Source: Lachnospiraceae bacterium (lineage in GTDB: Bacteria > Bacillota > Clostridia > Lachnospirales > Lachnospiraceae). Taken from it: DNA of 64,000 nt. Positions 47,467 through 56,479 of the stretch are shown piece after piece (the stretch's first letter is position 1; each line of letters begins with the position of its first letter). Both the position numbers and the translations under genes were made by a program. The notes beneath the pieces are model-generated. The model did not search any database and had not been told where the DNA came from. It was given only the letters and a program-made list of their open reading frames with translations. Where the stretch lies: positions 12,839-76,838 of the forward strand of contig JAQYDI010000161.1 of the NCBI GenBank assembly GCA_028724245.1, read 5' to 3'.

Positions 47467-48786
47467 TTATAATTCCATATTCACAAATACATCATAGATG
47501 GCACGGACAGCTGCTTCAAAATCCTTGCCTTCCACACCTACGATAATATTCATCTCACTGGATCCCTGATCGATCATCTTGATATTGATGCCGGAATGTG
47601 CCAGCGCTGCAAAAACCCGCGCTGCGATTCCCTTGTTCTTTTTCATGCCCCGTCCTACAACTGCAACCAGAGCCAGATCTGTCTCCAGTTCGATCAGGTC
47701 AGGTTCACACAGACGACGGATCTCGGAAAGGATCAGCTGTTCATGCTCTTCAAATTCATGCTGATTTACATAAACGGTCATGGTATCGATACCGGAAGGC
47801 ATATGTTCAAAAGGAATTCCTGCCTTTTCAAATGCAGACAGAACTCTCCGTCCAAAACCGATCTCAGCATTCATCATATCCTTTTCAATGCTGATGGAGG
47901 TAAAGCCTTTGCGTCCCGCAATACCCGTAATCGCGTATCTGGGCTTATAGCAGGTGTTGGCTACGATCATGGTACCTTTATCTTCAGGCGCATTGGTATT
48001 GCGGATATTGATGGGAATACCTGCCTTTCTGACCGGGAAAATTGCATCCTCATGCAGCACGCTGGCCCCCATGTAGGAAAGCTCCCGCAGCTCCTGATAA
48101 GTGATCGTTTCGATAATCTCCGGATTTTTAACAATACGGGGATCTGTCAGCATAAAGCCCGATACATCCGTCCAGTTTTCATAAATGTCCGCCCTGCATG
48201 CTTTTGCCACAATGGAACCGGTCACATCTGAACCGCCGCGCGAAAATGTCTTTACACGACCATCGGCATAAGCGCCGTAAAATCCGGGAATGACTGCCCT
48301 CTCTGTCTTCTCCAGACATGCTGACAGCTTGTCATTGGTTACGACATCATCAAAACTGCCGTCTTCTTTAAACGTAATATAGTCTGCTGCATCCAGGAAC
48401 GTATATCCCAGATATTCGGCCATCACAATGCCGTTCAGATATTCACCTCTGGAAGCTGCGTAATCTTTACCTGCTTTCTCTTTGAAATTTCTGCGGATCG
48501 CAACGAACTCTTCGTCCAGAGACAGACTGAGTCCCAGACCGCTGATGATCTCATCATAACGCGATTTAATCTCTGCAAGAACTGCCTCAAAATCTTCATC
48601 TGCTTCCGCCAGACTGTAGCAGCTATATAAAAGGTCTGTCACCTTGGTATCATCGGAAAATCTTTTGCCAGGAGCAGAGGGTACAACATAACGCCTTGCA
48701 TCTTCGCTGCGGATTATCGCGCCCACTTTTTTAAACTGCTCTGCACTTGCCAGGGAACTGCCGCCAAATTTAACTACTTTCTTCAT
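47467..48786 (-). CDS. Aspartate kinase
   Basis: VKFGGSSLA, VPSAPG, TFSRGGSD, WTDVSG, two C-terminal ACT domains. Confidence 0.95.
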   Translation of the reverse strand: MKKVVKFGGSSLASAEQFKKVGAIIRSEDARRYVVPSAPGKRFSDDTKVTDLLYSCYSLAEADEDFEAVLAEIKSRYDEIISGLGLSLSLDEEFVAIRRNFKEKAGKDYAASRGEYLNGIVMAEYLGYTFLDAADYITFKEDGSFDDVVTNDKLSACLEKTERAVIPGFYGAYADGRVKTFSRGGSDVTGSIVAKACRADIYENWTDVSGFMLTDPRIVKNPEIIETITYQELRELSYMGASVLHEDAIFPVRKAGIPINIRNTNAPEDKGTMIVANTCYKPRYAITGIAGRKGFTSISIEKDMMNAEIGFGRRVLSAFEKAGIPFEHMPSGIDTMTVYVNQHEFEEHEQLILSEIRRLCEPDLIELETDLALVAVVGRGMKKNKGIAARVFAALAHSGINIKMIDQGSSEMNIIVGVEGKDFEAAVRAIYDVFVNMEL

Positions 48787-48859
48787 TCTGTGTCTACCTC
48801 CAAAAAATCTGGTCCATATATATAAAGCCACAGATTCCGGATTTTATCAAGCTTTTTTT

Positions 48860-49339
48860 TTAATTTTCACGTTTTTTTGACCTGGAGACATGTTCGCCTG
48901 TCTTTTCAGCCGATTGATCCGATGCTGCTTCTGTTTCCGACTCCGATTCCACTTCACTTCCGGATTCAAAAAAAGTCTGCAGAATTTCGCGCCTGTTCTC
49001 TGATTCCGGCTGTGCCGTCACACTTTTGGAAGGATTTGTATACTCCGTATTCAATTCTGATTTATGCTGAAATATTATACAGCAGATGCCCAGCGCCACT
49101 GCCGCTCCTGCACCCATCAGCTGCACAAACCAATGCTTTCTGTGCTTCTCTTCCGACTCAATCGCTGCTCTGACTCTTGTATTGAGTTCCCCTGGTATCT
49201 GAATCGCATCGTAAACTTTTTTTGCCTCTTTCCATGCCTGCGTACTGCGATTCAGAACTGACTCTATCTGATTCTCGCCCTGTCCGGCTGACATCAGCCA
49301 GTCTGAGCGATGACGATTTTCCTCTTCAAGATCGCTCAA
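48860..49339 (-). CDS. RsiV-like anti-sigma factor with shortened C-terminus
   Basis: KEAKKVYDAIQIPGELNTRVRAAIE resembles the RsiV N-terminus; one TM helix; overlaps the sigma gene stop. Confidence 0.6.
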   Translation of the reverse strand: MSDLEEENRHRSDWLMSAGQGENQIESVLNRSTQAWKEAKKVYDAIQIPGELNTRVRAAIESEEKHRKHWFVQLMGAGAAVALGICCIIFQHKSELNTEYTNPSKSVTAQPESENRREILQTFFESGSEVESESETEAASDQSAEKTGEHVSRSKKREN

Positions 49340-49836
49340 TCCGAATCCTCCTTTATGATTCCTTTCAGCTTCCTGAGTCCTCCGTATAAACGTGACTTTA
49401 CTGTATTCAGATTGGTCTGCGTTACCTGCGCAATCTCCTTCAGTGTCAGTTCCTCAAAATAATAGAGGATAATCACGGTTCTGACTTCCGGACTCAGCCG
49501 ATCCAGCTTTTTCCAGACCTCCTCCCCCGGCTCAAAAGCTGATTCAATATAAACACCGCTGCTCCAGCCCTCCCAGCTGTCTGAATCCACCGGTATCTCT
49601 TTTTCATGTTTTCTCAAATACATCAGGCACTCGTTCACCAGAATACGGTAAAACCATGTTTTCACTGCCTTGATGTCACGCAACGTACGATATTTCTCCA
49701 GAGCACGGCAGATCGCATTCTGTACTGCATCCATCGCACCATCCGGGTTTTTTATATATGAATATGCCAGCCGATAGAACTTCTCCTGATTCCCGAGAAT
49801 GTATTCTACAATCTGATCATAATACTTTCCTGCCAA
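49336..49836 (-). CDS. ECF sigma factor, SigV-like
   Basis: FYRLAYSY..N...AMDAVQNAI, TWFYRILVN, LYYFEELTLKEIA...NLNTVKSRLY. Confidence 0.88.
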   Translation of the reverse strand: MAGKYYDQIVEYILGNQEKFYRLAYSYIKNPDGAMDAVQNAICRALEKYRTLRDIKAVKTWFYRILVNECLMYLRKHEKEIPVDSDSWEGWSSGVYIESAFEPGEEVWKKLDRLSPEVRTVIILYYFEELTLKEIAQVTQTNLNTVKSRLYGGLRKLKGIIKEDSD

Positions 49837-49910
49837 TCCAATACCACCTGTTCTGTAAATCCAATTACCTGATCCAATTACCTGTACTGTCCAATTATCT
49901 GTACTGTCAC
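49835..49910. repeat. Degenerate tandem repeat upstream of the sigma gene
   Basis: TCCAATTA(C/T)CTG repeated three times plus a related copy covering the RBS. Confidence 0.65.
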
Positions 49911-50256
49911 TTTTCTACTGCTGCACTGCCCGAAAATCAAACCTGTAATATGGCGGGTTTATCTGATCAATCTTTCTTTCCTTCATTCCAAAACGGTATC
50001 CCACCCTGTTCCGCACACAGCGGAACCGCAGCTGCAGCACTCTTCTTTGGCATCATTACTGATTGCTGTTTTAACTGTTCAATATGCTGTTGTCATGTTT
50101 AATCCATATGAATCATCCATAGGATAATATATTAATCTATCTCAAACTGAATCTGTCAATTATATCCAAATTGCGCCGCAAAACCCGCGGCATTGTCTTT
50201 ATTATAAATAATATGTTGTTTTTTTTCAAGACCATAAAATGAAAATAAACGGTAAA

Positions 50257-50315
50257 GTTACTGTTCAGACTTCTGTCCTGAATTCAGTCTGTCAGGCAGA
50301 AGTCCGAACAGTAAT
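50257..50315. mobile_element. Palindromic MITE/REP-like element (subfamily B) just after the typA stop
   Basis: GTTACTGTTCAGACTTCTG...CAGAAGTCCGAACAGTAAT. Confidence 0.75.
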
Positions 50316-50320
50316 ATCTC

Positions 50321-52159
50321 CTACTGATTTTTCTTGCTGTGTGCCATTTTCTTACGTGTGGAAGCATCCAGAATCTTCTTGCGGATGCGCAGGTGCTTCG
50401 GTGTGATTTCCAGCAGTTCATCCGTGTCGATGAATTCCAGCGCCTGTTCCAGACTCATGGTTTTGGGAGGTACCAGATGGAGTGCATCATCGGAGCCGGA
50501 AGCACGGGTGTTGGTCAGCTGTTTTTTCTTGCAGACATTGACTTCAATATCCACGCCTTTGCCGTTTTCACCGATTACCATACCTGCATATACTTTTTCG
50601 CCGGGTCCGATGAAAAGCGTACCTCTTTCCTGCGCGTTAAACAGGCCGTAGGTGATGCTTTCACCGGTTTCGAAGGCAATCAGGGATCCCTGCTTGCGGT
50701 AGCTGATTTCGCCCTTAAACGGACCGTAGCACTCAAATGAAGTGTTCATCACGCCGGTGCCCTTTGTATCGGTCAGGAATTCTCCTCTGTAACCGATCAG
50801 ACCGCGGGAAGGAATCAGGAATTCCAGACGGGTGCTGCCGGTGCCGTTGGGGCTCATGCCCACCAGCTCACCCTTTCTCTGACTCAGTTTCTGGATGACA
50901 TTGCCGGAGAATTCTTCATCTACATCAATGAAAACCCGCTCAACAGGCTCCAGCAGATGTCCCTTTTCATCTTCTTTATACAGTACTTCCGCCTTGCTGA
51001 CAGCAAATTCATAGCCCTCGCGTCTCATATTCTCGATCAGAATGGACAGATGCAGTTCGCCGCGGCCCGATACCTTGAAACATTCCGTTGTCTCCGTGTC
51101 TTCCACGCGCAGGCTGACATCCGTATTCAGTTCCCGGTACAGACGGTCTCTTAAATGTCTTGAAGTTACGAATTTACCTTCCTGACCTGCAAAGGGACTG
51201 TCATTTACCATGAACTGCATGGCAATGGTAGGTTCTGAGATCTTCTGGAAGGGAATTGCTTCCGGTGCCTCGGGCGCGCACAGAGTATCTCCGATGTGAA
51301 GTTCTGCAATACCGGAAACGGCAACAATGTCGCCGACTCCTACGCTTTCCACTTCCACTTTGCCCAGACCGTCAAATTCATACAGACGGCTGACCTTTAC
51401 CTTCAGTTTCTTGCTTTCATCGTGGGCATTGACGATCACAACATCCTGATTCACCTTCATGGTACCGTTTTCCACCTTGCCCACGCCGATGCGTCCCACG
51501 TATTCATTGTAATCAATGGTGCTGATCAGCATCTGGGTCGGCGCTTCCGGATCGCCCTGCGGTGCAGGCATGTATTCCAGAATCGTATCCAGCAGAGGAG
51601 CCATGTCCTTCGGTTCCTCTTCCAGATCACGCACTGCATAGCCTCCTTTTGCGGAAGCATAAATGAAAGGACAGTCAAGCTGATCCTCAGATGCATTCAG
51701 TTCGATAAACAGATCCAGAACTTCATCTATAACACCATCCACGCGCGCATCGGGACGGTCGATCTTATTGATGCAGACCATAACCGCCAGATTCAGCTCC
51801 AGCGCTTTGCGCAGAACGAATTTGGTCTGGGGCATGGCACCTTCAAAGGCATCAACAACCAGAATAACACCGTCAACCATCTTCAGCACACGTTCTACTT
51901 CGCCGCCGAAGTCCGCATGACCAGGCGTATCAACCACATTGATCTTGACACCCTTATAATTAATTGCCGTATTTTTTGATAAAATGGTGATTCCTCTTTC
52001 TCTTTCCAGATCATTGGAATCCATGACGCGTTCTGCCACTTCCTGATTTTCGCGGAACACACCGCTCTGACGCAGCAGCTGGTCTACCAGAGTTGTTTTA
52101 CCATGGTCTACATGGGCGATAATTGCAACATTTCTTACATCTTCTCTACTTGTCTTCAT
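50321..52159 (-). CDS. typA: Translational GTPase TypA/BipA
   Basis: AHVDHGKTT, ERGITI, DTPGHADFGGEVER, GRGELHL, KKQLTNTRASG. Confidence 0.97.
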   Translation of the reverse strand: MKTSREDVRNVAIIAHVDHGKTTLVDQLLRQSGVFRENQEVAERVMDSNDLERERGITILSKNTAINYKGVKINVVDTPGHADFGGEVERVLKMVDGVILVVDAFEGAMPQTKFVLRKALELNLAVMVCINKIDRPDARVDGVIDEVLDLFIELNASEDQLDCPFIYASAKGGYAVRDLEEEPKDMAPLLDTILEYMPAPQGDPEAPTQMLISTIDYNEYVGRIGVGKVENGTMKVNQDVVIVNAHDESKKLKVKVSRLYEFDGLGKVEVESVGVGDIVAVSGIAELHIGDTLCAPEAPEAIPFQKISEPTIAMQFMVNDSPFAGQEGKFVTSRHLRDRLYRELNTDVSLRVEDTETTECFKVSGRGELHLSILIENMRREGYEFAVSKAEVLYKEDEKGHLLEPVERVFIDVDEEFSGNVIQKLSQRKGELVGMSPNGTGSTRLEFLIPSRGLIGYRGEFLTDTKGTGVMNTSFECYGPFKGEISYRKQGSLIAFETGESITYGLFNAQERGTLFIGPGEKVYAGMVIGENGKGVDIEVNVCKKKQLTNTRASGSDDALHLVPPKTMSLEQALEFIDTDELLEITPKHLRIRKKILDASTRKKMAHSKKNQ

Positions 52160-52409
52160 AAACTGCGGCCCCTCCCCGGACCTTTTCTCCATCAGACGGT
52201 ACGCCGTCTGTCTCTATTCGATGAATAATTAAAAATTTCCGTTAGCGATTATAGTACGGATGAAGCAAATTATCAACTCATTTAGCATGAGTTTTTTGAT
52301 TTTGTACCGGCACATACCTGAAATAAGCTTTTCTTTTCCTTTTTTGGTTCTTTTATCCATACATTTCCTGTGATATGATGAAGATATATCTGCAATGGAG
52401 GTTTTTGAC

Positions 52410-52853
52410 ATGTTCACGTTTTTTTTCTCTGCGCTGACCGTATTTATTTCCGATCAGCACATCAAACGCAAAATCAGGCAGGACACACATCTTCCCCGTC
52501 CTCTCGGCAGACAGATCATTCTGCGTTATTCCCGCAACAGCGGAATGTTTATGAACCTTCTGGAGGATCATCCGCGATTCGTATCGGTTCTTACCAGCCT
52601 GCTTCTGGTTATTTTATCCGTCTTCGCTTTTTTTACCTGCAGAAAGGAAAGCGCCATCCTGATCAGGCTGTCTTTCGGTCTGATATGCGGCGGCGCTGCA
52701 AGCAACGTATACGATCATCTGACCTGCGGATTTGTGACCGATTACATTTCTTTTCGCCGCCCTGCACGTTTCAGCCATATTGTATACAATCTGGCCGATT
52801 TTGCCATCTTTCTCTCCGCTGCCATGATGACTGCTGCTTCCGTCAGGACATAA
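52410..52853 (+). CDS. lspA: Signal peptidase II (LspA family)
   Basis: DQHIK, NSGMF, GGAASNVYD, VTDYI, YNLADFAI; GGAGG RBS. May be a paralogue. Confidence 0.8.
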   Translation: MFTFFFSALTVFISDQHIKRKIRQDTHLPRPLGRQIILRYSRNSGMFMNLLEDHPRFVSVLTSLLLVILSVFAFFTCRKESAILIRLSFGLICGGAASNVYDHLTCGFVTDYISFRRPARFSHIVYNLADFAIFLSAAMMTAASVRT

Positions 52854-52867
52854 ATTACAGCTTCTGT

Positions 52868-54589
52868 TTACGAAAGACTGGCCAGTACCTCGAAGATTCT
52901 GTACAGATTCAGTGTTCCGTATCCCCACTCATTATTGGGATAATCCCGTACAGCCACCCGCTCTGCACCGATGATCAGGAAAAATTTCACCGTTGTCCCG
53001 GTCATGACCGGCAGATTGCCGTTCACAATTCCCCAGGTCAGCACAGATGCTGCAGCGCCGGCTGCAATAGCAGCAGCACCACTGGTTCCCGTCCTCTGTT
53101 CATATCCCGAAACGCTTCGCAGCGCCGGGCCGTCAATGGAAACTCCCGGTGCCGCAATCGTCGGCTGCTGCTGCCCTGTTCTGGTTTTTCCTCTTCCCGA
53201 CTGCAGATAAATACTGTCTGTCACATGGTCATAAGCTCCCACCGTAACCAGATGTTCACCGGCCGATGGATCGGTCAGCGTAACATCCACATCCGGTTTC
53301 AGAAAAACCGTACCGGGCCTGATCAGCCCTTCTGCCGGAAGCCACATATGAAATCCGCCTCCATACCGCAGAAGGTCATATACCTGAATTTTCCAGAGTC
53401 CCTGAGCCGGATGGGTAAATTTCATCGTTACAATCTGGCTGCTTTTCCCGGACGCATCATACCAGAAATTCACATCCAGCATGGTTCCTTCCAACACAAA
53501 AAGAATTCGGCTTCCCGTTCCCGGTCTGCGGATAAACTTTTCCGTTTGCTGCCCCGAAGGAGAAGTGACGGAAACCGTTACCAGTTCCGACAGATCCGGC
53601 CATATTTCCAGTGTAAATCCCTCCTCCTGCTCTGCCACCTGTAGTTCCACCGTATCGGGAATATCCTGATACTCTGCCGTTCCGTAATAATGGTGCGCCC
53701 GGACAGCTTCATTTCCTGCCGCCGCTACAAGAGCCATTTTGTATTCTCTGGAAATCCGCTCCAGAATCAGCCCCAGCGGAGAACCGCCGTCATGTCCTCC
53801 CATATTGCTCCCAAGCGTAAAACAGACCACCATGGGACGGTTCAGCCGTTTCTGGAGTTCCCTGAAATACCGCAGGGCAAGCATAATATCATTTTCCTGA
53901 AAAACCTGCGCAGTCTCCGGCACCCGGTAAAATTCCTTCAGATACTTTTTGGCCGGCTTTAATTTCACCACAGCGATTTCCGAAAGAGGCGCAGCACCCT
54001 GATATACATTTCCTGAGGAAACGACCCTGCTTCCGGCTGCTACCCCCGCCACATACGTTCCATGACCATCTTCATCCCGCGAAGGCAGCATCTCAAAGGG
54101 GGTTTCCGACTCCAGCGCCCGATCGATCTCCATTCTTCCAAATTCCGTTCCGTAATCAAACCCTTCCGGCGGCATCCCCGACTGAATCGTCTGATCCCAG
54201 ATTGCAGTGATCCTTGTTCTCCCGCTGCTGTCCCGAAAAGCCGGATGAGTATAATCTATTCCCGTATCGGCAAATGCCAGAATCACCCCCTGCCCCTGAA
54301 GCCCCAGTACAGGCTGATCGGCTGCCTGCAGAATGCCTGAATCGCTCAAAGCGGATGTGGACAGCGGAATATAAAGTGATGGAATATTCTGATAAAAATA
54401 TTGATTTGATGAAATTTCAGGCGTAACAGTTCGATTCAGATATACAATACGCATATCTTTATCTGCCGTCTGGGAACAAAAACCGGAGATCCGGTCATCG
54501 GTATACCCCGGTGACCAGTACTCTCCGGTAATTACATCCATATATTCTTCTGACAGAATCTGCTCTCTGCATTCTCTGGAAAATGCCAT
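52868..54589 (-). CDS. S8 subtilisin-like protease, clostridial Csp (CspA/B/C) type
   Basis: ADTGIDY, DGHGTYVAG, AAAGNE, GTS; IWDQT and YPNNEWGYG motifs; long insertion typical of Csp proteases. Confidence 0.88.
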   Translation of the reverse strand: MAFSRECREQILSEEYMDVITGEYWSPGYTDDRISGFCSQTADKDMRIVYLNRTVTPEISSNQYFYQNIPSLYIPLSTSALSDSGILQAADQPVLGLQGQGVILAFADTGIDYTHPAFRDSSGRTRITAIWDQTIQSGMPPEGFDYGTEFGRMEIDRALESETPFEMLPSRDEDGHGTYVAGVAAGSRVVSSGNVYQGAAPLSEIAVVKLKPAKKYLKEFYRVPETAQVFQENDIMLALRYFRELQKRLNRPMVVCFTLGSNMGGHDGGSPLGLILERISREYKMALVAAAGNEAVRAHHYYGTAEYQDIPDTVELQVAEQEEGFTLEIWPDLSELVTVSVTSPSGQQTEKFIRRPGTGSRILFVLEGTMLDVNFWYDASGKSSQIVTMKFTHPAQGLWKIQVYDLLRYGGGFHMWLPAEGLIRPGTVFLKPDVDVTLTDPSAGEHLVTVGAYDHVTDSIYLQSGRGKTRTGQQQPTIAAPGVSIDGPALRSVSGYEQRTGTSGAAAIAAGAAASVLTWGIVNGNLPVMTGTTVKFFLIIGAERVAVRDYPNNEWGYGTLNLYRIFEVLASLS

Positions 54590-54617
54590 ATGCTTCTCCG
54601 TTTCACTGCACCTTTTT

Positions 54618-54653
54618 ATAACTGTTCAAATCTATTCGTTTCTGAACAGTTAC
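54618..54653. mobile_element. Minimal MITE remnant (two ends only)
   Basis: ATAACTGTTCA...TCTGAACAGTTAC flanked by the similar 8-mers ACCTTTTT / TCTTTTTT. Confidence 0.55.
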
Positions 54654-54683
54654 TCTTTTTTTATTATATGCCGCTCTGCCTGA

Positions 54684-56216
54684 TCAGACACCTCTCAGTG
54701 CGATCACCGGTCCGCCTTTATTCTCCAGATAATCGGCAGTAATGGTAACCTGACCGATATTGGGATCCTTGGGAATCTCATACATAAGATCCTGCATGAA
54801 TTCCTCGAGAACGGCACGAAGGGCTCTTGCTCCGGTCTTTTTTTCCAACGCCCGGCGGGCAACTACGCGCAGCGCATCCTCCTCAAATACCAGTTTTACC
54901 TCATCCATGGCAAACAGCTTCTGATACTGTTTGATGATGGCATTTTTCGGCTCCGTCAGAATCCGAACCAGGAAATCCTCCGACAGAGAATCCAGTGTAA
55001 CAACAACGGGAAGTCTTCCGAGAAATTCCGGAATCATACCGAATGTCCGCAGGTCATCGATCGTTACTCTCGAAAGCACTTCTCCCTCTGTTTTGGAATC
55101 TGCATCATACAGCTCTGCTCCGAAACCAATGGAATTGTTTTTCGTAAGCCGCTCTCTGATAATACGGTCCAGTTCCGGGAATGCACCTCCGCAGATAAAC
55201 AGAATATTGTTCGTATCCACGGTGGTGGTGGGGACCATCATGTTCTTGCTGCTTCCGCCGATGGGGACCTCGATCTTACTGCCCTCCAGCATCTTCAGCA
55301 GCTCCTGCTGTACCGATTCACCGCTTACGTCACGGCTGTTGGTATTCTTTTTCTTTGCAATCTTATCAATTTCATCAATAAATACAATGCCGTGCTCCGC
55401 TTTGTCTACATCATTGTCCGCAGCCGCAAGAAGCTTGGAAATCACACTCTCAATGTCGTCACCGATATAGCCTGCTTCCGTCAGTGAAGTGGCATCTGCA
55501 ATGGCCAGCGGTACATCCAGAAGACGGGCCAGCGTTTTTACCAGATAAGTCTTGCCGCTGCCGGTAGGACCCAGCATCAGAAGATTGGACTTTTCAATTT
55601 CCACGCCATCCGAATTGTCGGCAAATACTCTTTTATAATGATTGTATACTGCCACGGAAATGGCTTTCTTGGCTTTTTCCTGACCAACCACATATTCATC
55701 CAGCTGCTGCTTGATCTGGTGGGGAGCCGGAATTGTGCGGATATCAAACTCTGCCCGTTCCCTTGCTTTCTCTTCTTCGCTCTTTTTCTTTACCTGATAG
55801 CGGCTCTGCTCCTGCATGGGATTCATGAACATCATGCTGATATTGGGACCTCTTTTTTTCTTTTCTTTACCATCCTTTTTATCGCTGTCGTCCTTTTCCT
55901 CATCCTGATCCGAAGTATTTTTTCCGGACTGCACACTCTCCTCCGTCTGATCATAACCGCTCATATCAAAGGGCGGCATCATGGCCGACATATTCATCAG
56001 ATCGGAATATTGAAGCCCGCTGTTCTGAAAAGAGTCAAATGCATTCTGCATGCACCGGGAGCAAACGCAGATATTGCCCGGAAGATGAATCAGCTTTCCG
56101 GTCTGACTCTCCGGTCTTCTGCACATGATACAGAATTCTTCATAACCATCATTATGATGGTCCTCTGTATTCCGGTTCTTCTTTTCTCCCTGTGTATCGT
56201 CTTTATAGTTATCCAT
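54684..56216 (-). CDS. clpX: ClpX ATPase (divergent paralogue with long linker)
   Basis: CIMC...CSRC zinc domain, GPTGSGKT, TEAGYIGDD, IDEIDK, RDVSGESVQQ, IGF loop, KTGARALR; GGAG RBS. Confidence 0.9.
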   Translation of the reverse strand: MDNYKDDTQGEKKNRNTEDHHNDGYEEFCIMCRRPESQTGKLIHLPGNICVCSRCMQNAFDSFQNSGLQYSDLMNMSAMMPPFDMSGYDQTEESVQSGKNTSDQDEEKDDSDKKDGKEKKKRGPNISMMFMNPMQEQSRYQVKKKSEEEKARERAEFDIRTIPAPHQIKQQLDEYVVGQEKAKKAISVAVYNHYKRVFADNSDGVEIEKSNLLMLGPTGSGKTYLVKTLARLLDVPLAIADATSLTEAGYIGDDIESVISKLLAAADNDVDKAEHGIVFIDEIDKIAKKKNTNSRDVSGESVQQELLKMLEGSKIEVPIGGSSKNMMVPTTTVDTNNILFICGGAFPELDRIIRERLTKNNSIGFGAELYDADSKTEGEVLSRVTIDDLRTFGMIPEFLGRLPVVVTLDSLSEDFLVRILTEPKNAIIKQYQKLFAMDEVKLVFEEDALRVVARRALEKKTGARALRAVLEEFMQDLMYEIPKDPNIGQVTITADYLENKGGPVIALRGV

Positions 56217-56240
56217 CTTATCAACTCCATACCTTTTTCT

Positions 56241-56385
56241 GTAACTGTTCAGAGCCAAGCAGATTTGTACGAAAAAGTGCGACGAATGCTTGCATTCATG
56301 AACACTTTTTCGTACAAATCTATTTGGCGGATACGCCACACCGAGGAAACACACAGTGTTTTCGAGGTTGGCTCTGAACAGTTAC
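56241..56385. mobile_element. Complete 145-bp MITE with 18-bp TIR and 8-bp target-site duplication (IS66-like ends)
   Basis: GTAACTGTTCAGAGCCAA ... TTGGCTCTGAACAGTTAC; direct repeat CTTTTTCT at 56233-56240 and 56386-56393; internal 19-bp stem AGATTTGTACGAAAAAGTG / CACTTTTTCGTACAAATCT. Confidence 0.9.
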
Positions 56386-56393
56386 CTTTTTCT

Positions 56394-56429
56394 AAAGAAA
56401 AACTCCCGGTGAAAACTCTCACCGGGAGC
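56394..56429 (-). terminator. Intrinsic terminator downstream of htrA
   Basis: CTCCCGGTGA-GAGTTT-TCACCGGGAG followed by TTTTTCTTT. Confidence 0.8.
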
Positions 56430-56442
56430 TGCACACACTCGT

Positions 56443-56471
56443 ATTATAGCGGATTCAAAGCTATCATACAA
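56443..56471 (-). promoter_or_regulatory. Sigma-A-like promoter just after the htrA stop
   Basis: TTGTAT-17 nt-TATAAT. Confidence 0.6.
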
Positions 56472-56479
56472 GATTTTTC

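Noticed and set aside
48787-48859. Lysine riboswitch before aspartokinase
   Set aside because: The gap is only 73 nt, too short, and lacks the conserved core.
49967-50056. Short minus-strand ORF MMPKKSAAAAVPLC... upstream of the sigma gene
   Set aside because: No RBS and no recognisable features.
52868-54589. CspC-type pseudoprotease (germinant receptor)
   Set aside because: The Asp, His and Ser catalytic motifs are all present, so it looks like an active Csp protease.
56217-56354. N-terminal extension of ClpX in the ORF track
   Set aside because: It mostly reads through the MITE; a GGAG RBS precedes ATG 56216.
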